From Amphiscolops sp. MND2022 (taxonomy: Eukaryota), in the NCBI GenBank assembly GCA_964187785.1, contig OZ076413.1, forward strand, positions 49,664,001-49,728,000: a stretch of 64,000 bases of DNA, written 5' to 3'. This document shows positions 37,676 through 50,800 of the stretch, piece by piece; positions within the stretch are counted from its first letter, which is position 1, and each line of letters begins with the position of its first letter. The position numbers and the translations under genes are program-made. Below the pieces are notes generated by a model, which saw nothing but the letters and a program-made list of their open reading frames with translations, did not search any database and had not been told where the DNA came from.

Positions 37676-40600
37676 TTTAGTCAAATTTACAGCACCAAAA
37701 ACACCCCTAAAACAAGGAAAACGGTTTTGCGCAACCGAAAATCTCTCAAACAACTAGAAAGTGATGAAAAAAAGTCGCACAGTGCTGAAAAACCATAAGG
37801 AATCTTCTTTGCTCTCAAAACGTTTTGTTTTCACTAAAAACTAGAAAAGCTTCGATAGAAAAAAATGTCGCATAGATTCAAAAAAAAAACAAACGAAGGC
37901 GTTTGCTCTTTCCTCTACTTTTGTATGCATAGACAAGTCTTGTCTTCGTTGTTCCAAATTCAAGTATAAATGAGGAAAGCGTTAAAAAATCGGATATCGT
38001 GCGTTTTCATTGTTTATTGTATATCAAAAGACGTTATTTTTCGTTCCAAATGAAACGAAAACAAATTTTTGACACTGGTTATGTCGAATCCACATTTTCC
38101 AAGATACAGAATCTAATAACGTGCGGTCAGCAATAGGTCAACAACTCGAATAAAGTGCATGCTTCATCGAAATAGATGCTATCTCAGAAACCAGTGCTTT
38201 TATAGTTCAATTTGAAAACAGAATAAGTTCGACACTAGTCAGATTCGAACTCCCGTCTTTGAGGGACTGACTGGCGATAAGAAAACTCAAATAAGTCTGA
38301 CTCAAATGCTTTTTCCTTGTGAAAACGCAACGGGTGACAACGTTGGTGAAATAAAGCGTCTCCAGAGAAGTCACACAGTGTCAGAAAGCCCAAAGGGCCC
38401 TTTGAAGTATCCAGTTTAGCAAATGTAAAAAGTTTAAACCGGCGCGGGATTCGAAACCCAGAAATCCTGCTTACCAGCTGCTGTCACCGTGCACAGGCAC
38501 CTGTACTAACAATTAGGTCAAAGGCCAAATGAAGTGGCGGGACGACGACAGAGAAAGGTAAACAATCTGTCAAATCGCATTTTTTTAAACATGCCAGGAA
38601 CAGGAATTAGGCACTTCGCTCAAAGTTCAAAACAGAAAAATGATTTCAGTATGAAAAGGGACAAATATTGCAAAATTTGTTCATCAATATTAGAATTCTG
38701 AAAACACCTTGAGACTCGAAACCCGCTCTTTCCTAACTGGAAACATCAAAAACCCCTAAAATTCTGAAGATAATATTTTTTTACTCTTATCTTGCAAAAA
38801 ACTAGCACAGTGCTGAAAACCCAAAAAAAGACACTCTAGGCTCACAAAACTTTATGCTCTTATATATCAAAAAGTTTTTAAAATGTAAAGTGGGTGCACT
38901 TTGAACAGACGAAGATTTTTCCGAAAACAGTGACACACTGTGGTCTTTTTTCTTTTACAAATTTCAAAAAATCCTCAAACCTCGGATTCGGACGAACGAA
39001 TTCTCCAGCCACTGTCAATCCCGCGTTAACCACTAGGCCAAATGAAGGAAGCATATTACTGGAAAGCAAAGCTATAGAAATGCATAGAAAGCTTTCAGTT
39101 CATAGTCTTTAAAAGCTACTGCTATAAACTGCGTTTTCTCCGAAATTGCTGCATGTCCAGAGACAGTGCTCATATTAAAAATTGAAGCAGATTGTCGAGG
39201 CTTTACTATTGGTCCGATAGTTTTTTCTTCTCCAGTAGTTTTCGAGATATTGCACACAAAATTTTTAGTCAAATTTACAGCACCAAAAACACCCTCAAAG
39301 TTAGGAAAACGGTTTTGCGCAACCGAAAATCTCTCAAACAACTAGAAATTGATGAAAAAAGTCGCACAGTGCTGAAAACCCTAAGGAGTCTTCTATGCTA
39401 GCAGAACGTTTTGTTTTCGCTAAAAACCAGGGAGGCTTCGATACAACAAAAATAGAAAAAATGTCTCATAGAACCAAAAAAAAACAAACGAAGGCATTTG
39501 CTCTTTCCTCTACTTTTGAATGCATAGACAAGTCAAACTCAATTTACTTTTTTGGATAGCTATAATGTCAATTATTCGGATATAGCACAATGTTTTTGAA
39601 CCTCCCCCTCCTCCTTGCTGGAACGCAATTTACTTCGGATATAACATCAAGAGTATATGTGGCGTCATTATATATAACCCAAGAACACAATAACGTCTCT
39701 ACAATATGAAAACTAGTTCTTACAAATTTGCATATGAAAACTCCAAAATAGGAAAATGAAGAAAATTTAACCATCCTTGTCTTGTCTTCGTTGTTCCAAA
39801 TTCAAGTATAAATGGGGAAAGCGTTAAAAAATCGGATATCGTGCGTTTTCATTGTTTATTGTATATCAAAAGACGTTATTTTTCGTTCCAAATGAAACAA
39901 AAACAAAATTTTGACACTGATTATGTCAAATCCACAATTTCTAAGATACAGAATCTAATAACGTGCGGTCAGCAATAGGTCAACAACTCGAATAAAGTGC
40001 ATGTTTCATCGAAATAGATGCTATCTCAGAAACCGGTGCTTTTATAGTTCAATTTGAAAACAGAATAAGTTCGACACTAGTCAGATTCGAACTCCCGTCT
40101 TTGAGGGACTGATTGGCGATAAGAAAACTCAAATAACTCTGACTCAAATTCTTTTTCCTTGTGAAAACGCAACGGGTGACAACGTTGGTGAAATAAAGCG
40201 TCTCCAGAGAAGTCACACAGTGTCAGAAAGCCCGAAGGGCCCTTTGACCATATCCAGTTTAGCAAATGTAAAAAGTTTAAACCGGCGCGGGATTCGAAAC
40301 CCAGAAATCCTGCTTACCAGCTGCTGTCACCGTGCACAGGCACCTGTACTAACAATTAGGTCTAAGGCCAAATGAAGTGGCGGGACGACGACAGAGAAAG
40401 GCAAACAATCTGTCAATTCGCTTTTTTTAACTTGCCAGGAACAGGAATTAGGCACTTCGCTCAAAGTTCAAAACAGAAAAATGTTTTCAGTATGAAAAGG
40501 GACAATTATTGTAAAGATTGTTCATCAATATTAGAATTCTGAAATCACCTTGAGACTCGAAACACGCTATTTCTTAACTGGAAACATCAAAAACCCCTAA

Positions 40601-43440
40601 AATTCTGAAGATAATATTCTTTAACTTATCTTGCAAAAAAATAACACAGTGCTGAAAACCCAATAAAAGACACTCTAGGCTCACAAAACTTTATGCTCTT
40701 ATATATCAAAAAGTTTTTAAAATGTAAAGTGGGTGCACTTTGAACAGACGAAGATTTTTCCGAAAACAGTGACACACTGTGGTCTTTTTTCTTTTACAAA
40801 TTTCAAAAAATCCTCAAACCTCGGATTCGGACGAACGAATTCTCCAGCCACTGTCAATCCCGCGTTAACCACTAGGCCAAATGAAGGAAGCATATTACTG
40901 GAAAGCAAAGCTATAGAAATGCATAGAAAGCTTTCAGTTCATAGTCTTTAAAAGCTACTGCTATAAACTGCGTTTTCTCCGAAATTGCTGCATGTCCAGA
41001 GACAGTGCTCATATTAAAAATTGAAGCAGATTGTCGAGGCCTTACTATTGGTCCGATAGTTTTTTCTTCTCCAGTAGTTTTCGAGATATTGCACTCAAAA
41101 TTTTTAGTCAAATTTACAGCACCAAAAACACCCTCAAAGTTAGGAAAACGGTTTTGCGCAACCGAAAATCTCTCAAACAACTAGAAATTGATGAAAAAAG
41201 TCGCACAGTGCTGAAAAACCCTAAGGAGTCTTCTATGCTAGCAGAACGTTTTGTTTTCGCTAAAAACCAGGGAGGCTTCGATACAACAAAATTAGAAAAA
41301 ATGTCTCATAGAACCAAAAAAAAACAAACAAAGGCATTTGCTCTTTCCTCTACTTTTGAATGCATAGACAAGTCAAACTCAATTTACTTTTTTGGATAGC
41401 TATAATGTCAATTATTCGGATATAGCACAATGTTTTTGAACCTCCCCCTCCTCCTTGCTGGAACGCAATTTACTTCGGATATAACATCAAGAGTATATGT
41501 GGCGTCATTATATATAACCCAAGAACACAATAACGTCTCTACAATATGAAAACTAGTTCTTACAAATTTGCATATGAAAACTCCAAAATAGGAAAATGAA
41601 GAAAATTTAACCATCCTTGTCTTGTCTTCGTTGTTCCAAATTCAAGTATAAATGGGGAAAGCGTTAAAAAATCGGATATCGTGCGTTTTCATTGTTTATT
41701 GTATATCAAAAGACGTTATTTTTCGTTCCAAATGAAACAAAAACAAATTTTTGACACTGATTATGTCGAATCCACAATTTCTAAGATACAGAATCTAATA
41801 ACGTGCGGTCAGCAATAGGTCAACAACTCGAATAAAGTGCATGTTTCATCGAAATAGATGCTATCTCAGAAACCGGTGCTTTTATAGTTCAATTTGAAAA
41901 CAGAATAAGTTCGACACTAGTCAGATTCGAACTCCCGTCTTTGAGGGACTGATTGGCGATAAGAAAACTCAAATAACTCTGACTCAAATGCTTTTTCCTT
42001 GTGAAAACGCAACGGGTGACAACGTTGGTGAAATAAAGCGTCTCCAGAGAAGTCACACAGTGTCAGAAAGCCCGAAGGGCCCTTTGACCGTATCCAGTTT
42101 AGCAAATGTAAAAAGTTTAAACCGGCGCGGGATTCGAAACCCAGAAATCCTGCTTACCAGCTGCTGTCACCGTGCACAGGCACCTGTACTAACAATTAGG
42201 TCTAAGGCCAAATGAAGTGGCGGGACGACGACAGAGAAAGGTAAACAATCTGTCAATTCGCTTTTTTTAACTTGCCAGGAACAGGAATTAGGCACTTCGC
42301 TCAAAGTTCAAAACAGAAAAATGTTTTCAGTATGAAAAGGGACAATTATTGTAAAATTTGTTCATCAATATTAGAATTCTGAAATCACCTTGAGACTCGA
42401 AACACGCTATTTCTTAACTGGAAACATCAAAAACCCCTAAAATTCTGAAGATAATATTCTTTAACTTATCTTGCAAAAAAATAACACAGTGCTGAAAACC
42501 CAATAAAAGACACTCTAGGCTCACAATACTTTATGCTCTTTCCATATCGAAAAGTTTTTAAAATGTAAAGTGGGTGCACTTCGATCGGACGAAGATTTTT
42601 CCGAAATCAGTGACACACTGTGGTCTTTTTTCTTTTGCAAATTTAAAAAAACCTCAAACCTCGGATTCGGACCAACAAATTCTCCAGCCACCGTCAATAC
42701 AGCGTCAACCACTAGGCCAAATGAAGGAAGCATGTTACTGGAAAGCAAAGTTATAGAATTTCGGAGAAATCTCTCAGTTCATAGTCTTTAAAAAGCTACT
42801 GCTATAGACTGCGTTTTCTACGAAATCGCTGCATGTTCGGAGACAGTGCTTATATTAACAAGCTGAGAACGGCCAAAGTCGGCGCCATATCTAAGGCTCA
42901 AAATTGCTAAAGGGGGGACCCTTCGATTTTGAAAAATTTCGTAAAAAGTTTCGTGTGATTTTTGAACAGTGTCACAGTGCCGAAAAATGGAAAAGGGGGA
43001 ACCCTTTGGCATTTTTTGACATCCATTGTGTTGCAAAATATCGAAACAAATGAAGGGGTTTGGTGCAAACAAAATTGGACCCTTTGGTGCAATCCAAAAA
43101 ATTTCAAAAAAACTCGCATAGTGCCGAAAAAAAGTGGGGCTAAGGTGGGATCCTTAGTGTTTTCGAGGTTCTGGGCGTGTTTTGATTTTTCTTTTCGTTT
43201 TGGACGCGCTTCTGAGGTTCGAGTGTTTTGAACCTCCATAGTGCAAGTTGTTGAACCAATGAACAAAAAAGTGGACCTTACGCGGGTAAAAAACTACCCA
43301 CTGTAAGAGTCGGGCACATTTTCTACTGAAATGCGCCGACTAAAAATTGAAGCAGATTGTCAAGGCTTTAGAATTGGTCCCGATAGTTTTTTCTTCTCCA
43401 GTAGTTTTCGAGATATTGCACAATAAACTTCGAAAACTTT
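37676..43440. repeat. Tandem repeat of a ~1.84-kb unit (about 3 copies)
   Basis: Anchor CTTGTCTTCGTTGTTCC at 37939, 39781 and 41621. Near-identical ORF translations recur at ~1840-bp spacing. Confidence 0.97.
42857..43341 (+). mobile_element. Helentron/HINE-like insertion in the third tandem unit
   Basis: Absent from the other units (empty site CATATT^AAAAATTGAAGC). Sub-TIR AGTCGGCGC / GCGCCGACT; no TSD. Confidence 0.8.
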
Positions 43441-44731
43441 TTAGAATTTTGTAAGTAATTTTATCTCAGTTCCGAAACAAAAATCTTCATAATTCCAATT
43501 ATTTGATCAAACTTTGATACTTTTGCCTCTGAGACTTTTTTGTCAAATGCATAACTATAGATATAATCCGCTGCAAAATTAGCTATTTTCAACTTTCTGG
43601 TACCGCAGTGTCGTAGATAGAGCCGTATATTCAAAATTCGAGAATTCAAATTTGGTCAATTCGTTTTGAAGCTATTTCGGATTGAATTTTTCATTCAAAG
43701 TGGTTTGTGTTCAAAATTTGTCCATTCAAAATTGCAGAATCAAAGTTTTAATGAAAATAATTGTTCAAAATGTGAACGAAACATTTTGATACTTCATGCA
43801 TTTTCTCTCAAATCTGAAATAAATGAAAATTTATAGAGAAATGTGCAAACGAGTGTCATTATAAAAATTCAATCTTTAATTTAATCTTTGCTGAGCAGTT
43901 GTGCCAAAATGGTTATCAGAAAAAAAGACGGCGAAATATGGGATGTAAGTAATTACTTGATATTTTCTTGATGTTCACATTTAAGTGGAAAGTATAATAC
44001 TGAATCGCTTTGGAAAAGGAGGTGTATCTGGGAGAAAAGATTCGTAGGGAAAAAAGGAAGCAATTTGAAAGTTGCGTTTACCAACGGCAGACTCAGTGGT
44101 ATACCTTTTTTCAATATCATTCAACCATCTCGTTGCGGGAGATTTCGTTGCAATCATAGCATATCTGCTATTGCGTACTTGCAATTGCGTGAACGGAAAT
44201 AAAATTTCCTGCGCATACTGTGGGAGGGGGATTAACAGAAAAGATCCGGCAGTGAAACTGATATGGTCTCAGCTGCCAACTAAGCTTTTTTTCCCCCACA
44301 ACCCAAAGGTTCTGGAAAATTTGAGAAAATCTTATGACAAAACGACTTGAATGCAAACCAGAAATCTTCAATTTTAAATTTAGCTCCAGGGTGACAGTTA
44401 AGAATTGATAAAACTTTGTTCACACTATTTTTGCCCATGAAGTCACGCATTTTCGATAAGGAAATCAACAGGTTCCTGTTTTGAGTAAAAAACAGTTAAT
44501 TCGAACATAATTATAGTCAAAATGTGTGAAAAATGTGTTTTTTGTTATTTTCCGCCCACATATGATGGGAGAGGAGAATCATGATCTGCGTTGCGTTTTT
44601 TTCCTAATTCTGCCAAATCTCCTCCCAGTTCCTCCCACTTATAGTTACTTGACTATCTTGGCGCCAATCACTACTTGACAATTTTATATAGTTACTTTAC
44701 TATTTTAATTACTTGAACACTTGCCAAATCT

Positions 44732-44803
44732 CCACCATGGCGGAGTCGGTAGTACCTCTGCCTGGCAGACACGAGGTTGTGGGTTAGAATCCGGGCTGAT
44801 GCG
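44732..44803 (+). pseudogene. tRNA-derived (SINE-head-like) sequence
   Basis: A-box-like TGGCGGAGTCGGTAG and B-box-like GGTTAGAATCC at tRNA spacing; acceptor stem poor. Confidence 0.5.
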
Positions 44804-47800
44804 TTACATTTTTAGCGAAAAGTATCCCGGTGCTTAGCGGGCGTCTTGTTAAATGATTGACAGTGCTGTATTTCGCCCTGCTAAAGGTGCAGCAAATGTT
44901 TCGAAGAGGCGAAGCGATAATTGTGAATTTTTTAAATCAAATTTACAGCGCCAGAAATACTCGAAGCCTTTGAAAAAAGTATCATTTTTTTAATTTCCGG
45001 AATATTCTCTTGGTGCTGAAAAACCCAAAAAAAGACCCTTTAGGTTCGCAAAATGGTTATGCCAAGGCAAAAGCATTTTGGAAAGTGAAGGGGACCAAAT
45101 GAATTTTTTTCGAAAAAAGTCGCTCAGTGCTTGAAAAACCGTAGTTCTTCTTCACATGTATTTTGAAAACTGTCTTCAGTCCCACAGACTTGAAAATTAC
45201 TGATGAGGTCACCCTCAGGACTCGAAAAACGGTTTTCCTTACTAGAAAGCCTCAAAAAACTAAAATTTGAGTAAATAATTTTCAAAAATGCTTCAATAAG
45301 CTACATAGTGCGAAAAGCCCTAAGATGCCCTCTATGCTCGCAAAACGCTTCGTTTGTGCCAGAAATTGGAATTGAGCTCCGTTGCAGAAATGAGAAAAAA
45401 GTTGCACGGACTCCAACCGACGTACTCTTGGTTCTCAAGCTTTGTCACTAGGCCTGGTAATCTGCTAATCCACGTTAACAGATAATTCAGCCAACAGGCG
45501 GGAGCAACTTGATAAAAATTTATGAAAGTTGAAATTTTTAGATAGGACGTTACAATGTGACAAAGGAAAATAAAATTTGCCACCGTAAGAAGCGTGCACT
45601 TTGTTTTCAAAAAGCGCGGCCTAAACAAGAAGGCGCATGCAAATGTTCGGTGGAATGAATGTTTTATGCGACGTTGTTTTAGCCGGCCCTTCTTGAAGTG
45701 AAACGCAACTATAAAAGTGACTCTTTTAAAAAATTTTTAGTCCACACGAACTGACCAAAATAGTTCTACCAAAAGTTCTACAAAATTTTAAGGCGCCAAA
45801 TTGTACCATTTGGCCGAGGGAACTGAACTATAATAGTTGTTCCTTTTTAGCATACATACAAAACCGGACGAGACTAAATCCACACACAATTCCTCCTTAA
45901 TTTTCCCTTCGTACTCCAATGAGAATGGAGGAAGTTCGAAAATGTTTTTTAGGAGTCTTATTTCCCAGTAAGCTTTAATGGAGGTTAAACGACCTATTTT
46001 ATCTCACTGAGAACGAATCTTATTGATCGAAATGTTTCTTAAATTTGAGTTTGATTGGTAATATTCATTTTGCCTAACTAACTCTAGTTCTCGCCATCTT
46101 CGATCTAGCGACGTGCTGACACCGGCCGACCGACTGCTCTAGTCCCGCCAATAAAGACGGGAGACCAAAGGAGGTGGAAGTGATTGAATATTGAACCAGA
46201 TCAAGCTCCATAATATTTTTTGTGTGAAAATATTAGTAGGTTAAGCTCAGAATCCCATTTCGGCTCTTTTCTGTCCCCCCAACACCAATTTTGTTTTGGA
46301 AATTAGTGAAAATCTTGTAACAAATAGACTTGAATACAAACCAGAAAGCTTCAGTTTTAACTTTATTCTCAGGGTAATCGTTTAGGATTCAAATACAAAC
46401 TTTGTTCATTCTTTTTCCGTATGCAGTCACGCTTTTTTGATGAAAAAATCAACAGCTTCCTGTTTTGAGTCATCAATAAACACTCGATACGAACATAATT
46501 ATAGTCAAAATGTGTGAACAATGTTTTGTTCTAGCGGAAAACTACTCTAATAGAAGTTAACCTCCTGCTATGAAAGAAGGTTTTATCTTTAATTAGGCTA
46601 GTCTGTAGTTTTTAAGGAAAGTTATTTTCAAAAATTTTGGTGGTGGTGGAGGGAGAACAGAAAAGAGCCCCCATTTCCAGTCAGAAGCCGCTCTCCGAAA
46701 CTATTCCATATACCGGCTTGATGCGCCAGCGCGTTTTTCGAGGTAACCATGATACCAATTGCGGCCGCTGTCCTGCTAACTTTTGAATTTTGTTCCGTGA
46801 AAGGGGGATCCTCAGTTAGAGCTCCGTGGCGACGTGCCGGCGCACTCAAAGTCCGGACACGTCCCACAAGCCTGTAAAAACGTACCTAAAGGTTCCTAAC
46901 GTTCCTGCGACTCCCTACATACTCCCGAGGTCTAAAAACAGGGGCGTAGCCAAAGTGCACTTTATTCACGAAATAACGTCTAAAACAAAGACCTAATAGG
47001 TCAAACATTATCAAGTACCTGTGAAACTACATTGATATTAACAGAATTATTCAACCAAGGTTTTTCTGAGTCTTTCATGAGGGTTTCGGAGTTCTCGATA
47101 AAGTCCATTGATGGGTTGTACGTCTTTTTCGAGTCTTCCCATGCATTTTTCGGGTTGAGATGGCACAACACTGGAATTATCTGCCTTCTCCTTCTTTTGG
47201 GACTCTTTTCTGCTGGTCTTTTGCACATCGGGGTGGGGGGGGTGTCTTGTGTGCTTTTGTCTGCTTCTTTTTCGTTTTTCTGTACCTGCTAAGTCGGCCA
47301 TTTTGAATTGACTTATTTGATATCGAACACTTTTTGAATTTCAACGAAATTTTGTTTCGGCTGCCTGACGTTACAAGTGTATGCCAAGACATCTTTACAG
47401 CAAGCTCTGTTTTTCAGTATTTCTCCGAATTCGGGCCAAGAAGAATAAAGAAGAAAGTTTTTTCCCCGATTCCGCGAGTTTGACGCCTGAATAAGCAGTT
47501 CTGCTTTTCTAAGTCGGCGGCCGTCCGGAAAATATCTCCCCATCGGAAACAACTATTATATCATATTTGCAGCCAAGTTGTTAAGCAATGGTCGGCTTGA
47601 AACTGTGGTTTCAAAGTGACTCGCTCAAGGTCTCTAAACTTGAAGAAAATGTTTTGTTCATAATTTGAGTTATATGTAGTCATGTTTTCTCCATTGATTT
47701 TGTTGTTTTTACCAGTCTATAAAGTGGATAATTTGACGGACAGTTTTCAATTCTCATTACCAGTCAGTGTGCAAGTCAATCATCCCTAGCCTACTTGTAT

Positions 47801-47849
47801 GGTCAGAATTCGGGCCTATTGAGCATGTTTTGCATAGTTTTTGTTTCAG

Positions 47850-50800
47850 AAAGTGATCACAACTGAAGAAGAATGGTTTAACATCATCGACTTTGAAGGT
47901 GCTCTACGTAAGTGACCAAGTTAATTTCACAATCCCAAACAACTAACTAACATCAAAAACTCTTAATATGAAGAAAATCTTCCGGTCGAGTTCTTTTTCA
48001 TTTTGATTCAATTCAGTCAAATTGACGAAAAAAATTTCAACAAAAAGTTGTTTGTGCAGTCTCTGCAAGTCGAATATCGTAACTTTGAGTCTGTATTTGT
48101 CAGCTATTCTTCTAATGGAAAATGAACTACTTTTTCCAAAAAAATTAAATCAAAAGTTTCACCTTGTCTTTCAGTTGTTCATGTGTATCAGAAATGGTGT
48201 GGGCCGTGCACAGTGTTAGCTCCATTTGTGAAGGCAATTCGGGAAGAAATCCCCTCCCAACAGTCATGAACATTTTCATTTCATGATCAGAAAATTTCAA
48301 ACAACTTCCAGTTGAATGTGTCAAAACAGAGTAAGCTCTAAGTATTTGTAACCATATTAAAATCAGTCATTCGTGCAAGTTTTTTTTTCAAGTTTAAAAG
48401 TGGTTTTCGTGTCGGGGTTCTCGGAAATAAGAAACAAGGTGTACCAGGGGGGTTAAGGGGTTTGCGAAGTAAGAAACATGGTATATACAATTAATATGTC
48501 CTGAACTCGAACACGTGCAATAATAGGTTCACTTGCTAGATTCGTAGAACGTTTTAGCAAGTTTCATCAAGATCATACAATGATTTTGACAGCTATATCT
48601 CGGGAAAACTGGCTTGAAGTTTCAATCCGAAAACACATAAGAATCCCGAATGCAACTCTTGATTAATAAGCTAAAATCCTGAAACGGTAAAACTTAAGGA
48701 GAAATTGAATTGTGGGCTTCCAATAAAGGACGACTTTTGACCAATTGGATGTTAAAAAAGCCGAAATGATCTTGCCCGATTTCCTGTGAGTAAAAATTCT
48801 TCGGGCACTGAAAATTTCACGCACGAACATATAATTATTGCCATTGTCAAAGTTTTTCATAATATTCAAGATTCTGTGAAAAAAACTCTATCGCGGTATC
48901 GCGGCGTTAAGCTTTTGTAAAACTTACTAAAACGACTTCGAATTTTATCGAATTCTCCTTTCTACCTTACTTATTTGTTGAATTCGTTATATTAGAACTT
49001 TTGAATTTGAGAATATTTTTTCTTTCTCTGTCATCGCAGACACATTAAATGTTCACGACTGCCCGAAAAGTCTGCAACTGATTGCCGCCCAGGCAGACGA
49101 CATAGAGCCCCTGAAGTTCTACCATGGCAAGTGTATTCCGACATTTCTCTTCTTCTGTGTTAGTAGATTTTACAAACTTTTCATTTTCAATTAATTCAGG
49201 CAATTCAAAATTTCACTTCAAAATCTGATCCTATTGAAGTTGAAAGAGACTACCCGGATCCAAATCCATAAGGCTTCCATGCAATTCCATGCATGGAATC
49301 ATATGATCCGTATGATTCCATACGATTCCATGCATGGAACCATGACCTACAGACCTTCCATGCAATTCCACGCATGGAATCATATGATTCCATACATGGA
49401 AGTGCATGGAACCATATGACTCCATGCATGGAAAGATATGGAACGAAAAGCAAAATTCGAAATTCTCAAAATTTCAAATTTTCGTTCTACTTGCGCGTCA
49501 CTTTCCGAAACAACTGGAAAATAACTGGATTTGATTTGATTTGAACTGGAAAACGGAAAACGATACAATAAAACCGGAAAATTGGAGTGCTTCCAAACTG
49601 TTAGGTATAAGGACTTGGGTTTTCAGCTTCTGCAAACTATGTTTGCAGTTTAGAACCGAGTCCGACATTTTCTGATGTGATATCGGTTTTTTTCTCAGAT
49701 CTTGTTCCAGTGGTTCTTTCAGTAATTTTAGATGTCATTTTAGTGGTTCTTCCTGTAATTTTAGATGTTTTTTTAAATGTTTTCGATATAGAAACCGATA
49801 TATGGAATCGCATGGAAGACTTATGAATTTGGATCCGATTAGAACTTCAGAAAAGCAGTTTTCATTTCTTTTTCTTTCAGACAATCATGTAGTATTGATT
49901 ATAGCCGAACAGGATTTAAAACTAAGTTTTTTCACCAGATTAAGATTGAATTTTCAATTGTAATAATTGAAATCATTACAATCGAGAATTCAATCTTATT
50001 CTGGTGAAAAAATTATTCGTTTTTAATCCTGTTTGGCTATAATCGATATTACTCCAAATTGTCTGAAGGAAGAAATAAAAAACTGCTTTTCTGAAGTGCT
50101 AGTGTGATAGTTACGAACTTAAAATTTCTTTCGCAAGTGCACTAACGTACCAAAAGCTAAAGACAGTCCATTTAGCTAACGAGAATTCAGCTAACTTGTT
50201 GTTAATCGAACTGGAAAGATCTTGCTGATGTGTCGTAATGTAGAATTGTTTTAATGAGCAGCAAGGACGACTGCAGGATGTGGTTCGTGGAGTCAACTGG
50301 CCAGCCATCAACAAGTGTCTGCAGAACATCCTCGTTGTCAATGACAGCTTCAACAACCTCGAGATCCACGACATACAAGAGGTCGGTCAGCCAGCCTTTT
50401 GCTCCTTAACTCTCATTTTGGAACAACAGAAGAACCGCATAATCAATTTTCAGCTCATATGCAAAAAGGAAGTAAAGTTAATGACTGGTTTCAAAGTTTA
50501 AAAATGCTTCTGAAAAATTGCATTGTTACAAATTTGTGAGTAGAAACAAACAAATTAGACACATAGTCAATAGAAAGTAGGCGAAGACGTAAAGTCATTT
50601 TCATAGAGTCTCAATACTTCGTGTAACCACCCTTTACACAGAGAAAGGCTTGGAATATGTCTGGCATACATGAAAGTCAGTTTTGATAGGTCTCAACGGA
50701 CAAATTCAACTATTCATTTTTAACTTTTTCCCAGAGATCGAAAAAACATTTTGGAGCTTCTGAATATGCTTGAAGGGCTTGCTTGAGAGCATACCAGAGT

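Noticed and set aside
38878..42791. Recurring 60-120-aa ORFs
   Set aside because: By-products of the tandem repeat; no domains, and broken by indels between units.
45200..45245. Hammerhead-like CTGATGA...GAAA
   Set aside because: Stem II needs a bulge and no plausible stem III or stem I could be built.
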